Positions 41,901 to 55,174 of a DNA stretch of 64,000 nucleotides are shown in pieces (position 1 is the stretch's first letter; every line of letters starts with the position of its first letter). Made by a program: the position numbers and the translations under genes. This DNA comes from Trichoplax adhaerens. Taxonomy: Eukaryota > Animalia > Placozoa. Under the pieces are notes generated by a model that ran no database searches, was not told the origin of the DNA, and saw only the letters and a program-made list of their open reading frames with translations. The stretch lies in the NCBI RefSeq assembly GCF_000150275.1, contig NW_002060960.1:1006469-1070468 (forward strand), written 5' to 3'.

Positions 41901-44900
41901 CCTATTGCAAGCAAGACATCTTAATTACATGCACTGGTAAGCCTATGTTAAAGAAAGAAATGAAATCTGCCACCTACAAAAATAGGACGATGCAAATAAT
42001 CAATCTTTAATTCAAACTTTCATACAATAATCTACCATATATTTTTACTTTCTGTCTATAAATGAATGTTGCTTGATATTGGAATACCATTGAATGCCAT
42101 TTTTTTTCATTTGTTACCTTAGGATATTCTAGAGATGGCGTAATAAGATTTATGGGAAATCCTGGCTTAGGCAGCTATTTCCAAATTTATTACAACGGAA
42201 TGTGGGGAAGATACTGCGGTGAAGGCAAAGAAATAGAATCAGTGCTACTAATGGCATGCGGAGTTGCGGGATATGAAACTTTTGAAAAGTATGATTTGGA
42301 TTCTATTGATCCTAAAGAACACAATTATGGCCCCATGCTTCTATGGAATGCCTTCTGTAGTACTAATGCTACCGATTTGAACCAGTGCAATAGTCTAGGA
42401 TGGTACAATATTCCAGATTCTTGCAAAGCTAGCAATAAAACAGTCTACTTGACATGCAAAAGTAAGTCTATTAAATAAATTTCATCAGATGTCTCGCTTA
42501 ATGCGAGTAAAGATCTGACGAGGCTCATTAAATGCCTCTTTTGGCGTTAGAAAGATCCAACTATGCTGATAAATTCACATTTTGTAGATTATAGCATTAC
42601 AAGATTAGCTTCCATATGTAAATCTACTATACGTGCATATAGTCTATGGAGGTTTCTTAATCAATAGCTTGAAAAATTGTCAATTTTAATTCCATCATTT
42701 AATGAAGATAAACAAGAATGCTCCTTCCTACATCAACAAAACTGCTTCTATCAAAATAAACATTGTGTAGCTATGAACAGGCGTAGATTTTGTGTGTGCT
42801 CGCCAGGCTACACGGGCGAAAATTGCGAAACACTCTACAGTAAGAATCTATAGCTATTCCTTAAAATTAACTCTAAACATAGATGAAAATAAGCCAACTT
42901 TTAAATACATTTAATAGTGAAATACTAAAATCAGTTAGACTTAATGGTATAATATTCCATTTCTAGTTCAACCCGTCAGTGGCACTATCAAATTTGATGT
43001 TACACAGATTTCCTTTATAACTGATTATAAAGGAGAAATTTTAATCTTTCATAACGGTGTTTGGGGTGGATTTTGTTATGATAATTTCACGAAGCAAGTA
43101 GGGGAAGTTATATGCCGACAACTCGGTTTCCATCGCTATGTTTGGCATACTTGCTGCTTCGGAGGAAGAGAGAGCTTTGCTAAAGTCTGGATAACTGGTA
43201 TGCGCTGTTCTGGTCAAGAAAGTAATATTACACAATGCGATATTTCCTATGGTCCAGATACTTCCAAATGTCGTGGTGCAACAATTTTAACATGCGAAAG
43301 TATGTTCATAAGAAATATTTTTATATTATATCCAATTTGTTAGTATAGAGTAACATTTAATATATTAAGCAAAGCAGTGGCATCTTAGCAACTTGAATCT
43401 ATACACAATTTTAGACCTATACAAATTACAGTGCTCATAACTAAGAAGTATTACAATTTTGAGACAAAATATCATATAGATTTTACTAGTATGGAGTTGC
43501 AGATATTATATTTAGTAAAGTAAATGGCATCTTATGAATCTGCCATCGGTCACTAATTATACATGAGCGACTTATAATGCTCATAACTAAGATTAATTTC
43601 AATTTTTAAGAAAAAAATCCGAAGGATTTTAGCTGTATTCATGGAGAGGTTGTCCATAGTGATCAAGGACGACGCTGTGATTGCGATCCTGGATACTTTG
43701 GCAAAAATTGCGAGTATATGGCTTTGTGTCATTGGAAGCCATGTAAGAATAGTGGCACATGCATCGATAAGTTTAGAAATGTTTCCGATATATACAAAGC
43801 AACCTACTATGAGTGCCACTGCAGCAATCCATATTATGGAAAGCAATGTCATCTAGGTACTGCAAATGTAAATACTGCAACTAGAGGATAAATAAGATTT
43901 ATTGCTATCACTTTTTCGTGATATATTACGTTTACCACCCTATACGAAGTTGTAGAGTTATCTCTAACACTAAATTCTCGACAACGTTGGGTTTCAAAGC
44001 AGTGTTAGTAATGCTAGTAGAATATCGCAAACACCTGAAGAAGTAGATCATCAATTTAAATTCTATTTGGCCATTTTCAATTAAGGTCCTGCAAAAGATG
44101 GCTCTATCAACACTGTAATACCCTATTTTCAACCCGAACAGTATTATGCGGGGCGAATTAAAATTTACTTACAAGGTATATGGTACAGCTTTTGCAGGCA
44201 GCATTTTTCACTCAATGCAGCCAATGTGATTTGCCAGCAGCAAGGCTACGGTAAGGCAATCTCATTCTCGACTAATTATCCAATTGGCCAACCTGACGCC
44301 TTGATGACGAATCTGCGTTGTACTGGCTACGAAAGTAGCATATTGGAATGTTTATATAAATTAAATCCGATCAGCCAAAACGCTGCTTGCTTACCTAAAG
44401 ATTATGTTGGAATTAACTGTTCCACAAGTATGTGGCATTAGCTTAATCTTTGTTTCTTTTACAAATTTTTCGTTATAATAGCTTGTCAATTTATATAGAT
44501 ATATAGCAACAGCTCTATGCACTGTATATTCCGTCGACCATCATGCCTGATTTATAAAACATATACATACTTCAACTGAAATATCTTTAATTTCATGTAT
44601 TGCGATACTTTACGTATTTCTTTGATTCCACGATTGTGTAATAATTGGGCCTTCCGTTTTTATATGATATTATCAGCCTATGATAAATGTCGTGGAATAC
44701 CTTGCCAAAATGGAGCTACCTGCCGAACATTCTGGTTTGGTTTTAAGTGCCAATGCCCACAGTATTACACCGGACTCTTATGCGAAACCTATATAGGTAG
44801 ACCTTTGCTCTATTTATATATTACGAAAATATTTCTCAATATTATAGCAGAGCTACCATAGTCATGTATAGTTTAGTAATTAACAGCGAGTGAAATTCTA

Positions 44901-47900
44901 GATGCTCTGTCATTCTAAACTTGCCTAATTAAGTGTTAATAATAAATACTCAATGTAGGACCTGCTTTGGAGGGAGATTTGAGACTAATAAACGGAGCTA
45001 CATTAAACGAAGGAAGGATCGAAATCTTTCACAATATGAAATGGAGTACTGTATGTGGTAATACGATTACTAAACAAGAAGGCAAAGCTTTGTGTCATCA
45101 GCTAAACTTAATTTTCGAAGGATTTACTTATCATGCCGTATTTGGTAAAGGGCATGCCAGTGTTCCAATATTATCTTTAAATTGTAGCAACGATAAAACG
45201 AAAATTAAAAATTGTAATTTAAGCCCCATATCCTCTGCTGCTGGATGCAATCATAACGATGACGTTGGTATTATCTGTATAAGTAAGTCCTTGAGCTACT
45301 TAATATCTTTTTATACAGCAAATTATAACAGTCGAAATTCAAATTGGATGTGGGTCGCTAGTATTTGTTTGGTAGATTAAATTTCATTGAGATTTGTGCA
45401 TCATTGTAAATAGGACATGAAGAACTTATATTTACTTTCTAATTAATCTATAAGCAAAGGCCTGTGTTCCAAATCCTTGCAGAAATGGAGCCGTTTGCTA
45501 TCCTAACATATTAGATTATTACTGTCACTGTGTCAATGGTTATTCAGGAAAAAATTGCTCTGAAGGTAGTTCGGCTCTACATTAGCAACCATGAAGTTAT
45601 TACAAAATTAAACTAGAAAATTCATAATATATTACTTACCAATTTAAACAATTATTAGCTGCTGAAGGAACGCTACGCTTAGTAAATGGTACAGGCTTTA
45701 ACAGTGGCAACTTGGAAATATACCACGATAATGTATGGGGTGCTATTTGCAGTCGAGATTTTGCCGATGCTAGTGGCCTGTCGGTCTGCCAAGAACTAGG
45801 GTTCATTAACGAGGAAAATTTCTATTGCTGTTCAGAATTTGGCCAACATAACGGTACATTTTGGTTACATAACATCAGATGTAATGATGAGGATAAGAAA
45901 TTGATAGATTGCAAGTTTGATTCGTATAATACAATGTGCAGTCCTAGTCAAGTTGTGGGGCTTCGCTGTCGATGTAAGTTACTGTGTCTAGCAACTACGT
46001 ATTTTGCCATCCATATCTATTGACCATGATAACTAATTAAGAAACCTATCGGAATAACGCTTGATAATTGGACTCTCTTACCTTGCTAGATGGATTTTGT
46101 GATAGTTTCCCTTGTCAAAATGGAGGACACTGTGAGTACATTTATCATTTGGGCATACGTAAAGGAACATGCGACTGTCGTAGGGGATTTACGGGCAAAT
46201 TATGTGAAAAAAGTAAGTTCTATCAATTTTTAGGACATCAGTGATCGTGATAGTAATTAAAACAGGGTACCTGGATGTACCTGGAATATAAGATGGCTAC
46301 CAGCTAATTTTTAGAACAAGATCATTTAAATTCAGCTTCAAATTATTTCAATAGCATTATAATTGAGTTTACTTGAGATTTTAAGGTCAAATGGATTATC
46401 GGTGTATTTCTTTTCTAGTTGATCATCCAAAACAAATAACGTGTGCCGACAATCCCTGTGGACCTGGATCGACATGTTTAGATTTAGCGCTGGGTTATAA
46501 GTGCTACTGCTCGGATAGATACTACGGAAAGAATTGCAAAAAAGGTTAGCAATGTCCATAGCCTTAAATCAATGTAGCAGAATAACTAGAATTGAATTCT
46601 AACTCCTTTTGCATTCACTTAAAATTTTTACTTTGAGTACAGTGAATTAATATCTGTAGCTATCGTAGCAAAATACGTAACGGGAATAATCCATTGCATA
46701 GCTATCTAAATGTATGACAGTATTTTGATAGAGAAGTTAACGCTGCTAATTGCCTGGTATGGGCAATAAATTTATCATCTTCATGTAGAAATTATCAACG
46801 GTATCGTCCGGTTTTATTCGCCATATGGTGTGGATAACATCAGATCAGGAACGGTGCAGATTTATTTCAACGGAACATGGGGCACAATATGCAGTAAATC
46901 AATTTTCAGCAGGACATCTGCTCGAGTTATATGCAAAATGTTAAATTATGAAGTGGTCCAAGATGTCAAAACGAATTCGTTCTTCGGTTCAGCACCGGGT
47001 AGAATATTATTCTGTAAGCATTAATTATATCTCTGTTATTTGGAAATACGACTACTTTTAACAAACATTCTTTAATCTAAACTGCAGCTATCGTAAACGA
47101 TAGGGTTAAAAGATATTAATAGTTAATCAATCTTATCACTTTGGCTTTCTATGCTAACGATTTTACTTTTGGGATAAAGCTAATGTTCAATGTACTGGCA
47201 ATGAAACTTCCATGTTGGACTGTCAGTTAGCCTCAATTATTCCTAAAGACTGTAATTCCAACACGCTGGTTGGAGTTACGTGCCAAAGTATACCAACCCT
47301 TTCGCTTACTTTGAATTAACACAAACTGTATAACTATTTGAGCTTATTCTTCTTGACATCATTTAGAGAATCCTTGTTCTACATCACCAACGCCTTGTGG
47401 ACTCAATGGCTTCTGCCGAATGATAGCAACTAAACCATTTTATAAGTGTCGCTGTAATTCAGGGCAAGCAGGCTACAACTGCGATCGAGGTAGATCTAGA
47501 TTTCAGCAATCTTTAACTAATCATTTTTAGGTCTACCTAGCTGCTTCCAGACCTGTTAAATTAAACCTTCAATATTAGGGAATAGAACAGCTACCAAGTC
47601 AATTTTTTCTTGTCGATTTAGAATTCAATGCTTGCGATAGACATCCATGTGCAACACAAGCTGGAGGTCGAGCAGTCTGTAAATTTGTTAATGGATTTGC
47701 TACCTGTCAATGTCCTGAAGATTATAGCGGATACAACTGTTTATTTTGTAAGTTTGCATCTTCAATTCTTCAATATTAAGGAATTTCATCTGATGCCGTC
47801 AAAAAATTCATTTAACAACCTATTCCTTTTAAAAGAAAATATTTAATTTGCGTTCTTTTCTCTTTATTCTAATAAAAGTAAAATGATTTCGTTATATTTC

Positions 47901-50900
47901 AGATTCAAGACTGATAGGGATTCGTCTGGTAGCTGGTAATAAATATAATATAGGAACCGTAGAAATTTACAAGGGCAATAAATGGAGTAGAATTTGCTCG
48001 CAAGATTGGCAGTTCAGCCATGCACGTGTGGCATGCCGTCAGCTTGGATTTATGGATGCACAACTTCGAACCCAATGCTGCAGTAATCTGGAAGATCCAT
48101 TAATATCCAAAGTCATGAGCGGGATTAACTGCACAGGGAATGAGCCTAATCTCAATGATTGTAGCCAAAACCACGTAGAAAGTAACATTTCATCCTGCTC
48201 TAAAAGTGCAGCAATATATTGCATAGGTACACCCTTTACATTGTAAGTTTAAAAATGAATCCTATCAATAAAATAGTAATATTAATACTTTTTTAATAAC
48301 GAACAGATAGTCCACTGGATTCCAATTTGAGCAACTTAACTTCACTATCAGCTAGGTAAGAGCTTGGTAGAATCATTTGTTGAGTATGAAAAATTTAAAT
48401 TTGCTATAGTATGGTACTCTAATACGTTTAAGAATTAATTGAACAATTTCGTGAGATTGTAAGTTAGATCATTAGCACTGATCATCATTTATGCGCCCTT
48501 CTAGCTTTCTAATACTCTTGTAATACTTTACCAAATTGCTATAAACTTAACTTTTGTTAACTATTATGTTGGTCTCCAAATCCACGAATTTGAAATTTAG
48601 CTACAAGTGCGAATCCGGTAAGATTATACTTTCACCTACGTAGTGATAGTGTTTACTTATGATACAGCTTCATAATACTTTTGCTGTATAATATATAACA
48701 GAATAAGGGCTACTTATTTGAAAATCATTTAATAGCAAGAAGTAATTAATATCAACTGATTTGCATTTTTAGATATAAATCCTTGCTTAAGTTCACCATG
48801 CGGGCGAGTTAGTGCAACTTGTGTCAACGTACTGAAACCCTTCAGAGGATATGCCTGTCTATGCGAGAACGGATATTGGAATGGATATCAATGTGTTAAC
48901 GGTAGTGTAAATTCTTCATAAACTACGTCTTTTAATTTTCAATTTGCCGTGGCTAAATGTTCTGCACAATCATTAACCATCCACGAAGGAAGTATCCATA
49001 TGATCTCTGCAACACATGTTTGATACACTTATTCACTTTTTTCATTTCAACAGATGTAGTTTTAACTACTGTTACCCTGAAAGCAAGTACAAATACAGTA
49101 GCAATTGGTCAAAGGTTATTATTAGAATGTGTTGCATACGCTATTCCATTGCCAAAAATATCATGGCTCAAAGATGGCCAAATAATAATCAATTCCTGGA
49201 TTAAAGTCATAAAAAATGATACAGTATCGGTTAAAAATGGCTCCAGGTCAACCTTAGAAATTAAATCTATAACGCTCGGCGATAACGGCAATTATTCTTG
49301 CATTGCCAAAGATGAAGTCTTTGATAGGATCGTTCAGAGCAACCAACAAGCGATAGGTCATTCTATTTTAAAATATTACAAACTTGTTGTAATTTCTATT
49401 AAATGAAAGGAAATTTTGCTTTTCCAAATGGTACCGCTATAGTCAGTGACTATTAAACAGGTTTTCTTCAATTTCGAAATTTAGGCTTTACTTGTTCTCC
49501 CGCATACTGTTCTAATAGAGGAAATTGCACGATTACTGGCGGAAAATTTGTTTGCAGGTATACATCACTTAAACAATCCGATAGCAAAAGAGACCTATCA
49601 ATCAGATACCGTAGATTAAACAGAGTTTACAAGAAAAAAATGTGCAATATAATCAATTTAATCGTATCTATTTTACATTCCGTTCTTTTACAGTAATTGC
49701 ACCTTCGGCTATGGAGGATCCTATTGTAATACATTGCTACCTTGTAAGTAGTGAAATAGAAGTAAAGATATTACTGCATTTCTAGTGCATGAAAGATGCC
49801 TATATCCTCGATGTGTCTATAAGCCTAACCTACTATTCTTATTTAATATCAAAGCGCAAGTTTTATTAAAGATGAAACTTTATAATTTAGTAAAAATTTA
49901 AAATTGTAAATATATTTATTGCAGTTAATTTGTTATTTTAAAAGCATCGATACAGACTTATATGTTTGAGGGTAGTTCTTGCTTGAATTAATAAAGTTAG
50001 CCATAGTTACTCTAGACATTAAATTTATTCATTATTTATTTTAACACATTATGCAGATGTGCCTTTAAGAAGTGCTCAACTTCAAACTAATGCAATATTG
50101 TATCGCCAATATGAATCTATCATCATACAATGCTCCATTATTGCTTATCCCGTGCCGATTGTGCTTTGGATGAAAAATAATTCTGTGATTCGACAGGAAA
50201 ATAACGTATCAATGTCTAAAATGACCAATGACAATAATTACTACGAGTTAAAATCAACATTAATCATTCGTAGCGCTTCTATTTTGGATGCTGGTAGTTA
50301 TGCATGTCATGTAAAAGATACTCATTTTAATAAAACTATAAAAAGCGACAGCATTAATATCGGTAAGAATGCTTTCACTTATTTTAATATTAAAATACAA
50401 TATATAGAAATTATCGTAATAATCGCAGTTTAAATGAATTTCTATCATTATGGTAATAGCAGGACTGTAAATAGTATTTGCATTTACTCTCCGTAGATGT
50501 TGGCATAACCCTTGAATCCGTTCAAATTCAAGCCAACACTTCCAATTATTTCTTTGGTTTGCCACTTAGCATTGAGTGCAAAGCCAGGTCATATCCGCCA
50601 TCCAACGTGACGTGGATCAAAAATAATCTTCCAGTAAAACCGAGAAATAATTCCTATATCATCATCGCGAATGATCCTGCTAAATATTTGGCTACATCAA
50701 TCCTATTAATAAATCAACTATCTACGGAAGATAATGGAAAATACCAGTGTATTGCCAACGATACCTTTAATCATAATCTGCTGGAGACTACACCATGGAT
50801 TATAAGTACTTATTTGTACAGATAAATTGATAGTCATGTTTGTTGCACAATCGATATTGTATAATTAAAATTTCAAACATCTGGTAGTGCTAACTCAAAA

Positions 50901-53214
50901 ATTAATTGCCTTCACCTAATTAGAAGTAACATGTCCACCAAATTTCTGTCGGCATGGAGGACATTGTTCTATTAGCGGCAGTAGCCTAATATGCAGGTAT
51001 TCAAATCAAGATACAATATTCTTGGAGATTATTAAAATATTTCAAATAATTTATGGTTACAGCAATTGACACTGCAATTTAATTGATATACAGTTTACGA
51101 TATGAAGAATTCATTTGCGATCGTAATCAGTCCAATCCTTTAGCTTCGATAATGATCACTATTAGACAGTGAAAATAATTTCATATTACAAATTGTCTAA
51201 TATTACCCTATAAAAATAAGTAAATGTAGAAAATTCTTAATTTAAGTTTCACATAAAAGGAATTCGTTGCAAAGAGACAACTATGTATAATAATCGCAGA
51301 AAAACAAAATTCTTTTACGTGCGAATTATTCATTATTTTATAAACGGATTTCTGATCAGATGCTTTACTTCTATATTAAAATGCAATGAAATGATAAAAT
51401 GAATTCTTAAATTTCGTATTAGCTTGCGATTAGATCATAACGGTTAAAGTATTGTAAATTACATTATATTATCCCACATAGCGTCACAGCATCTTTTTAT
51501 CTTCAGTCAACTTTTTTATTCTATAATATATTTATATATATAGCTGCAGCGCCGATTATACCGGAAGTTTCTGTGAAACTATTATACCAAGTAAATTTAG
51601 ATTTACGAAATGGAATTATTTAAATTTGAAGACCGTTCTTTAGTATTCTGATAACAGGATTTTGAAAAGTATTTTAGTGTAGTAACTTTGTCCATTTTCA
51701 TCTTTACTAAGTAATCTTAAAGCCTTTTCAGTATTTCAAGTATCCAATCTAACATCATTTTAAAATATATTGGTTTCTCTATCTCAGATATTCCTGCCAA
51801 TAATGTCCGGCTTATTTCAAATTCGACCTTATTTAAAGTTGACTCTTACGTTAGTCTAAGCTGTCAAGTAATCGCCCGACCAAGACCAATATTTACCTGG
51901 ATCAAAGATAATATTCCAATACGTCTAAAGAATCATACTGAAATTGATACTAAAGATTCCTCGTCGAAAAATACTTATATTTCAATACTATATTTTAATC
52001 CGCTAATGCTGGGCGATAATGGAATTTATCAATGCCTTGTTAATGATACCGTCAATAATAAGTTTATACAGAGTGCTACTATGAATATCAGTAAGATTTT
52101 ATCGACTATAATGCAATATTTTATTAGCTACCAGAATTACGTAAATATTTCAATATAATAGAACTATTAAGGATGATACTATAGTATCAAATACGAAACA
52201 TTTATATCTATAGTTGAATAAATGGCAGGTTATGATAAATTATAGCAGTTTGTAACGAATTCGATTATATTATTATTTTAGGTTTTACCTGCTCAGCTGG
52301 ATATTGTAGTTATGCAGGCAAATGCAAGATATTATCATATAACAGGCCAAGCTGCAGGTGAATTTATATATTCTTTGTCTTACGGTATTTCAGACTAACG
52401 TAAATATTTTAATCAATTTTACCAATCCCAGCATTCTAGTATTAATTAACGTCAGGATTTCTGGCTGATATTGTTTATTTTACTTCAATACTTAGTTGTA
52501 ATAACGGATATGAAGGAAATCATTGTCAAAAAATATTTTCCGGACTAAGTAGTAAGCATTTACATCACATAAGTAACTTAATCATTCAATATTATAGTGC
52601 AATGCTGTGATCGACTGTCATAGTCAGATATTAACGAATTTATGTCTGAATTAACTATTGCAACATATTTTGCAACCAGCCGGAAGTTATATCGGAATAG
52701 CTACTGGCGTTATTGCAGCCTGTCTTTTAGTAGGAGTTATTATAATTTACTTCAATAAATATCGAAAGTAAGTATAATATAATCTGAATGGCTTACTTTT
52801 AGCTGGTGATATGCTTATCCTATCAAGTATAAGCCACTTACAGATACAATAATTTTCCAAAAAGTAATATAAACCTTGATAATTAAAGTCATTAATGACA
52901 TTATCTCCACATCTTTTAGAGGCCAAAAATTTGGATGTACCTGGAGTTTTAGATCGCAGAACACCAGCTCAGGTAATTTAGTGAGATAGCGGCTGAACAA
53001 ATTGTTACGTTTTTCAGTATAGCATTATATTGCAACTGCTTAGACTATACCTTTGATATACGAGCAGTTAGTAATTTTGTCAAAATTTCAACTTTATTCC
53101 AAATATTTGAAATTTCTCAATAGATTTTTGCATTGTTTTTTGGGTATAGGCGGATTGACTCAACTAGACCTGAAAGTATTAGTAGATAATGATCACGCTA
53201 CTCTGGACGAATAA
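35948..53214 (+). CDS. large type-I membrane scavenger-receptor-like protein: EGFx6-(SRCR/EGF array, 11 SRCR)-(EGF/Ig array, 4 Ig)-TM-short tail
   Basis: About 45 exons, mostly phase 1-1 single-domain. EGF exons at 36668, 37246, 37550, 37885, 38100, 38579. SRCR exons at ~38972, 39910, 40721, 41616, 42123, 42967, 44086, 44959, 45659, 46789 (split), 47903, with interleaved EGF exons. Ig exons at ~49054, 50057, 50496, 51789. TM exon 52680-52767 ([22 protein letters not shown]). Tail exons 52920-52972 and 53150-53214. The start MK|VSVICFIHL (35948-35953, 36126-36177) is less certain. Confidence 0.88.
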
Positions 53215-54867
53215 ATTGTCAATAGAAACACTTTTTTGAACAGAGCAATATCTAAATATCTGTTGGCAAATTATTAAGCGATACTGTACTGTAGTTTCAA
53301 AATTTTTATACTAGATAATCTATTTCTTATCAAATCGGAAGATACGTCCCTAAAAATGTCTAAAATTTAGTCTAAGGCCTCGCAATAAGACAATATGTTT
53401 TCGCAAAATGCGCTCGTCACAATTGCTTAAAGTTAGCTTGATAATTCTAGTTATGCATAGTCCTACCTTTTAGACTACAATAAAGCAGTATAAGAATCAA
53501 CTGGATTATATTTAAGCTTAAAAACAACTTATTCCAACTCGATTTTATGTAAACTAATGAGATTAGAATTAAGTATTTGAAAAGTTTATTGGTCTATCTC
53601 TCTCATATGTTTTAATAACCTGTTGTTCGATTGTTTCTCTTATTTTATTTGATGTTGAAGTTTCGCTAAGTTGACTAGAGTGCAACGAAAGATGAATTAA
53701 AATTATTAAAATTTAGTAGCTTGATCCCTACATTTCACATTTCGTTACATTATTATTAAGTAGATAGTTTATTCCTCTTCTTTTTCAATTATTTGGAATT
53801 TTGTACGCTAACAGCTTCAAGTCAATAGGAAAAATACTCCTTATAAATTAGCCTTTCAATGCATAGCATATATCAAGTGAAGATGTAAGATTTGATTAGT
53901 ACGGTCGATATCATGCATACAATAGTCAGACTAGTTTAAATACGCTAATAACTTTCTTTATCTCTTAATTTTTCAATGATAAGCAAGTTGACTCAATATG
54001 TTGAAATACAATATTCTTATTTCGATTTCATAGCTAAATCTCAGTTTCACAATTCGTATGAACTTTTCTATTAGGTAATAAGGTTGAAGCATTTCATGGA
54101 GGGTTAAAAATTTAGAATAAACTGAGTACAATAATAACTATATAAGCGAAATTTTTGGAAAAAAACTAACAACAACGCAAGCAATATGAGCGGAGATTTA
54201 GAATAAATTAAGCACAATAAAGATTAATTACCCTACTGATCACATGTATAATGGGAACTAATTAGAATTATTAACCAATTAGGCCTCTAGTAAATCAAAG
54301 GGTATCCATGATCTTCAGATTAAGTTATTGCACTGTCTGTAAGGCCAAGAAAATAATTAGGATTATAAATGATTCGTGACAAGATTACACAATACGTTTA
54401 TTTACATTATTGCCAGTGCCAGATGAAAATATTTACAGTAGATTGGATGGATTCTAAATTTTGCACCCACAGTCTTATAAGAATGCTTTATCTTACAAAT
54501 TGTAATTAGAACATGAGCAAACATCACTTAGTTCCTACCCCAAGTCCATTCAAAGTTTAATTTCTGTTACTCTGTATCAAACAAATCTTGTTTAATTTCA
54601 TTTCTTGAATTGTTTATAGAGTGTTCAACAATCAATGCAAAGTTCTAAAGGTTGTTGTTGCTAGTATTTTATATGCAGTTAGTTGGTTAGTTAGTTAAGG
54701 AGTTAAATGTAGTCGATAGAAATAGAATTTCTGTGTCATATTCGTTAAGGAAGTAAAGAAACAGCATAGCAAGAATATTTCTGGATAGAATTGAACAAAA
54801 TTGAATTGTTTAAAGATCATAGTTCTCAACATTAATTACACTCCTATTCGTTGTAAGCATAACCAAT

Positions 54868-55174
54868 ATGGAAGATGGTAAAGAGATTGATGAAACAGTT
54901 GAAGTTAATTATAAACGAATCTTGCATGAACTTCAAATCGAAGAAATTATGTTTGACTAGAGAGCAAATCAAGTCTTGTCAGATTCGCAAGTCCAAAACT
55001 TGAGGAACTCAAATAAAGATAAAGAGAGAATATATGAATTTATCAGCTTCCTGAAATAGAAAAAGAAAGCGGACCTTTATAATTTTTGTCAGGCTTTAAT
55101 CCATCATGAAGAATTCTCTATAAGAGAATTGGTTGAAGACTTGAAAATTCAAGCTGATGAAGCCTTTCAAAAGG
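54868..55174 (+). pseudogene. CARD-domain exon with two in-frame TAG stops
   Basis: MEDGKEIDETVEVNYKRILHELQIEEIMFD*RANQVLSDSQVQNLRNSNKDKERIYEFISFLK*KKKADLYNFCQALIHHEEFSIRELVEDL, ending at a GT donor. Six-helix CARD hydrophobic pattern; stops at 54958 and 55057. Confidence 0.7.

Noticed and set aside
37561-50565. Minus-strand and alternate-frame ORFs overlapping receptor exons
   Set aside because: Shadows of real + strand EGF/SRCR/Ig exons with no independent motifs.
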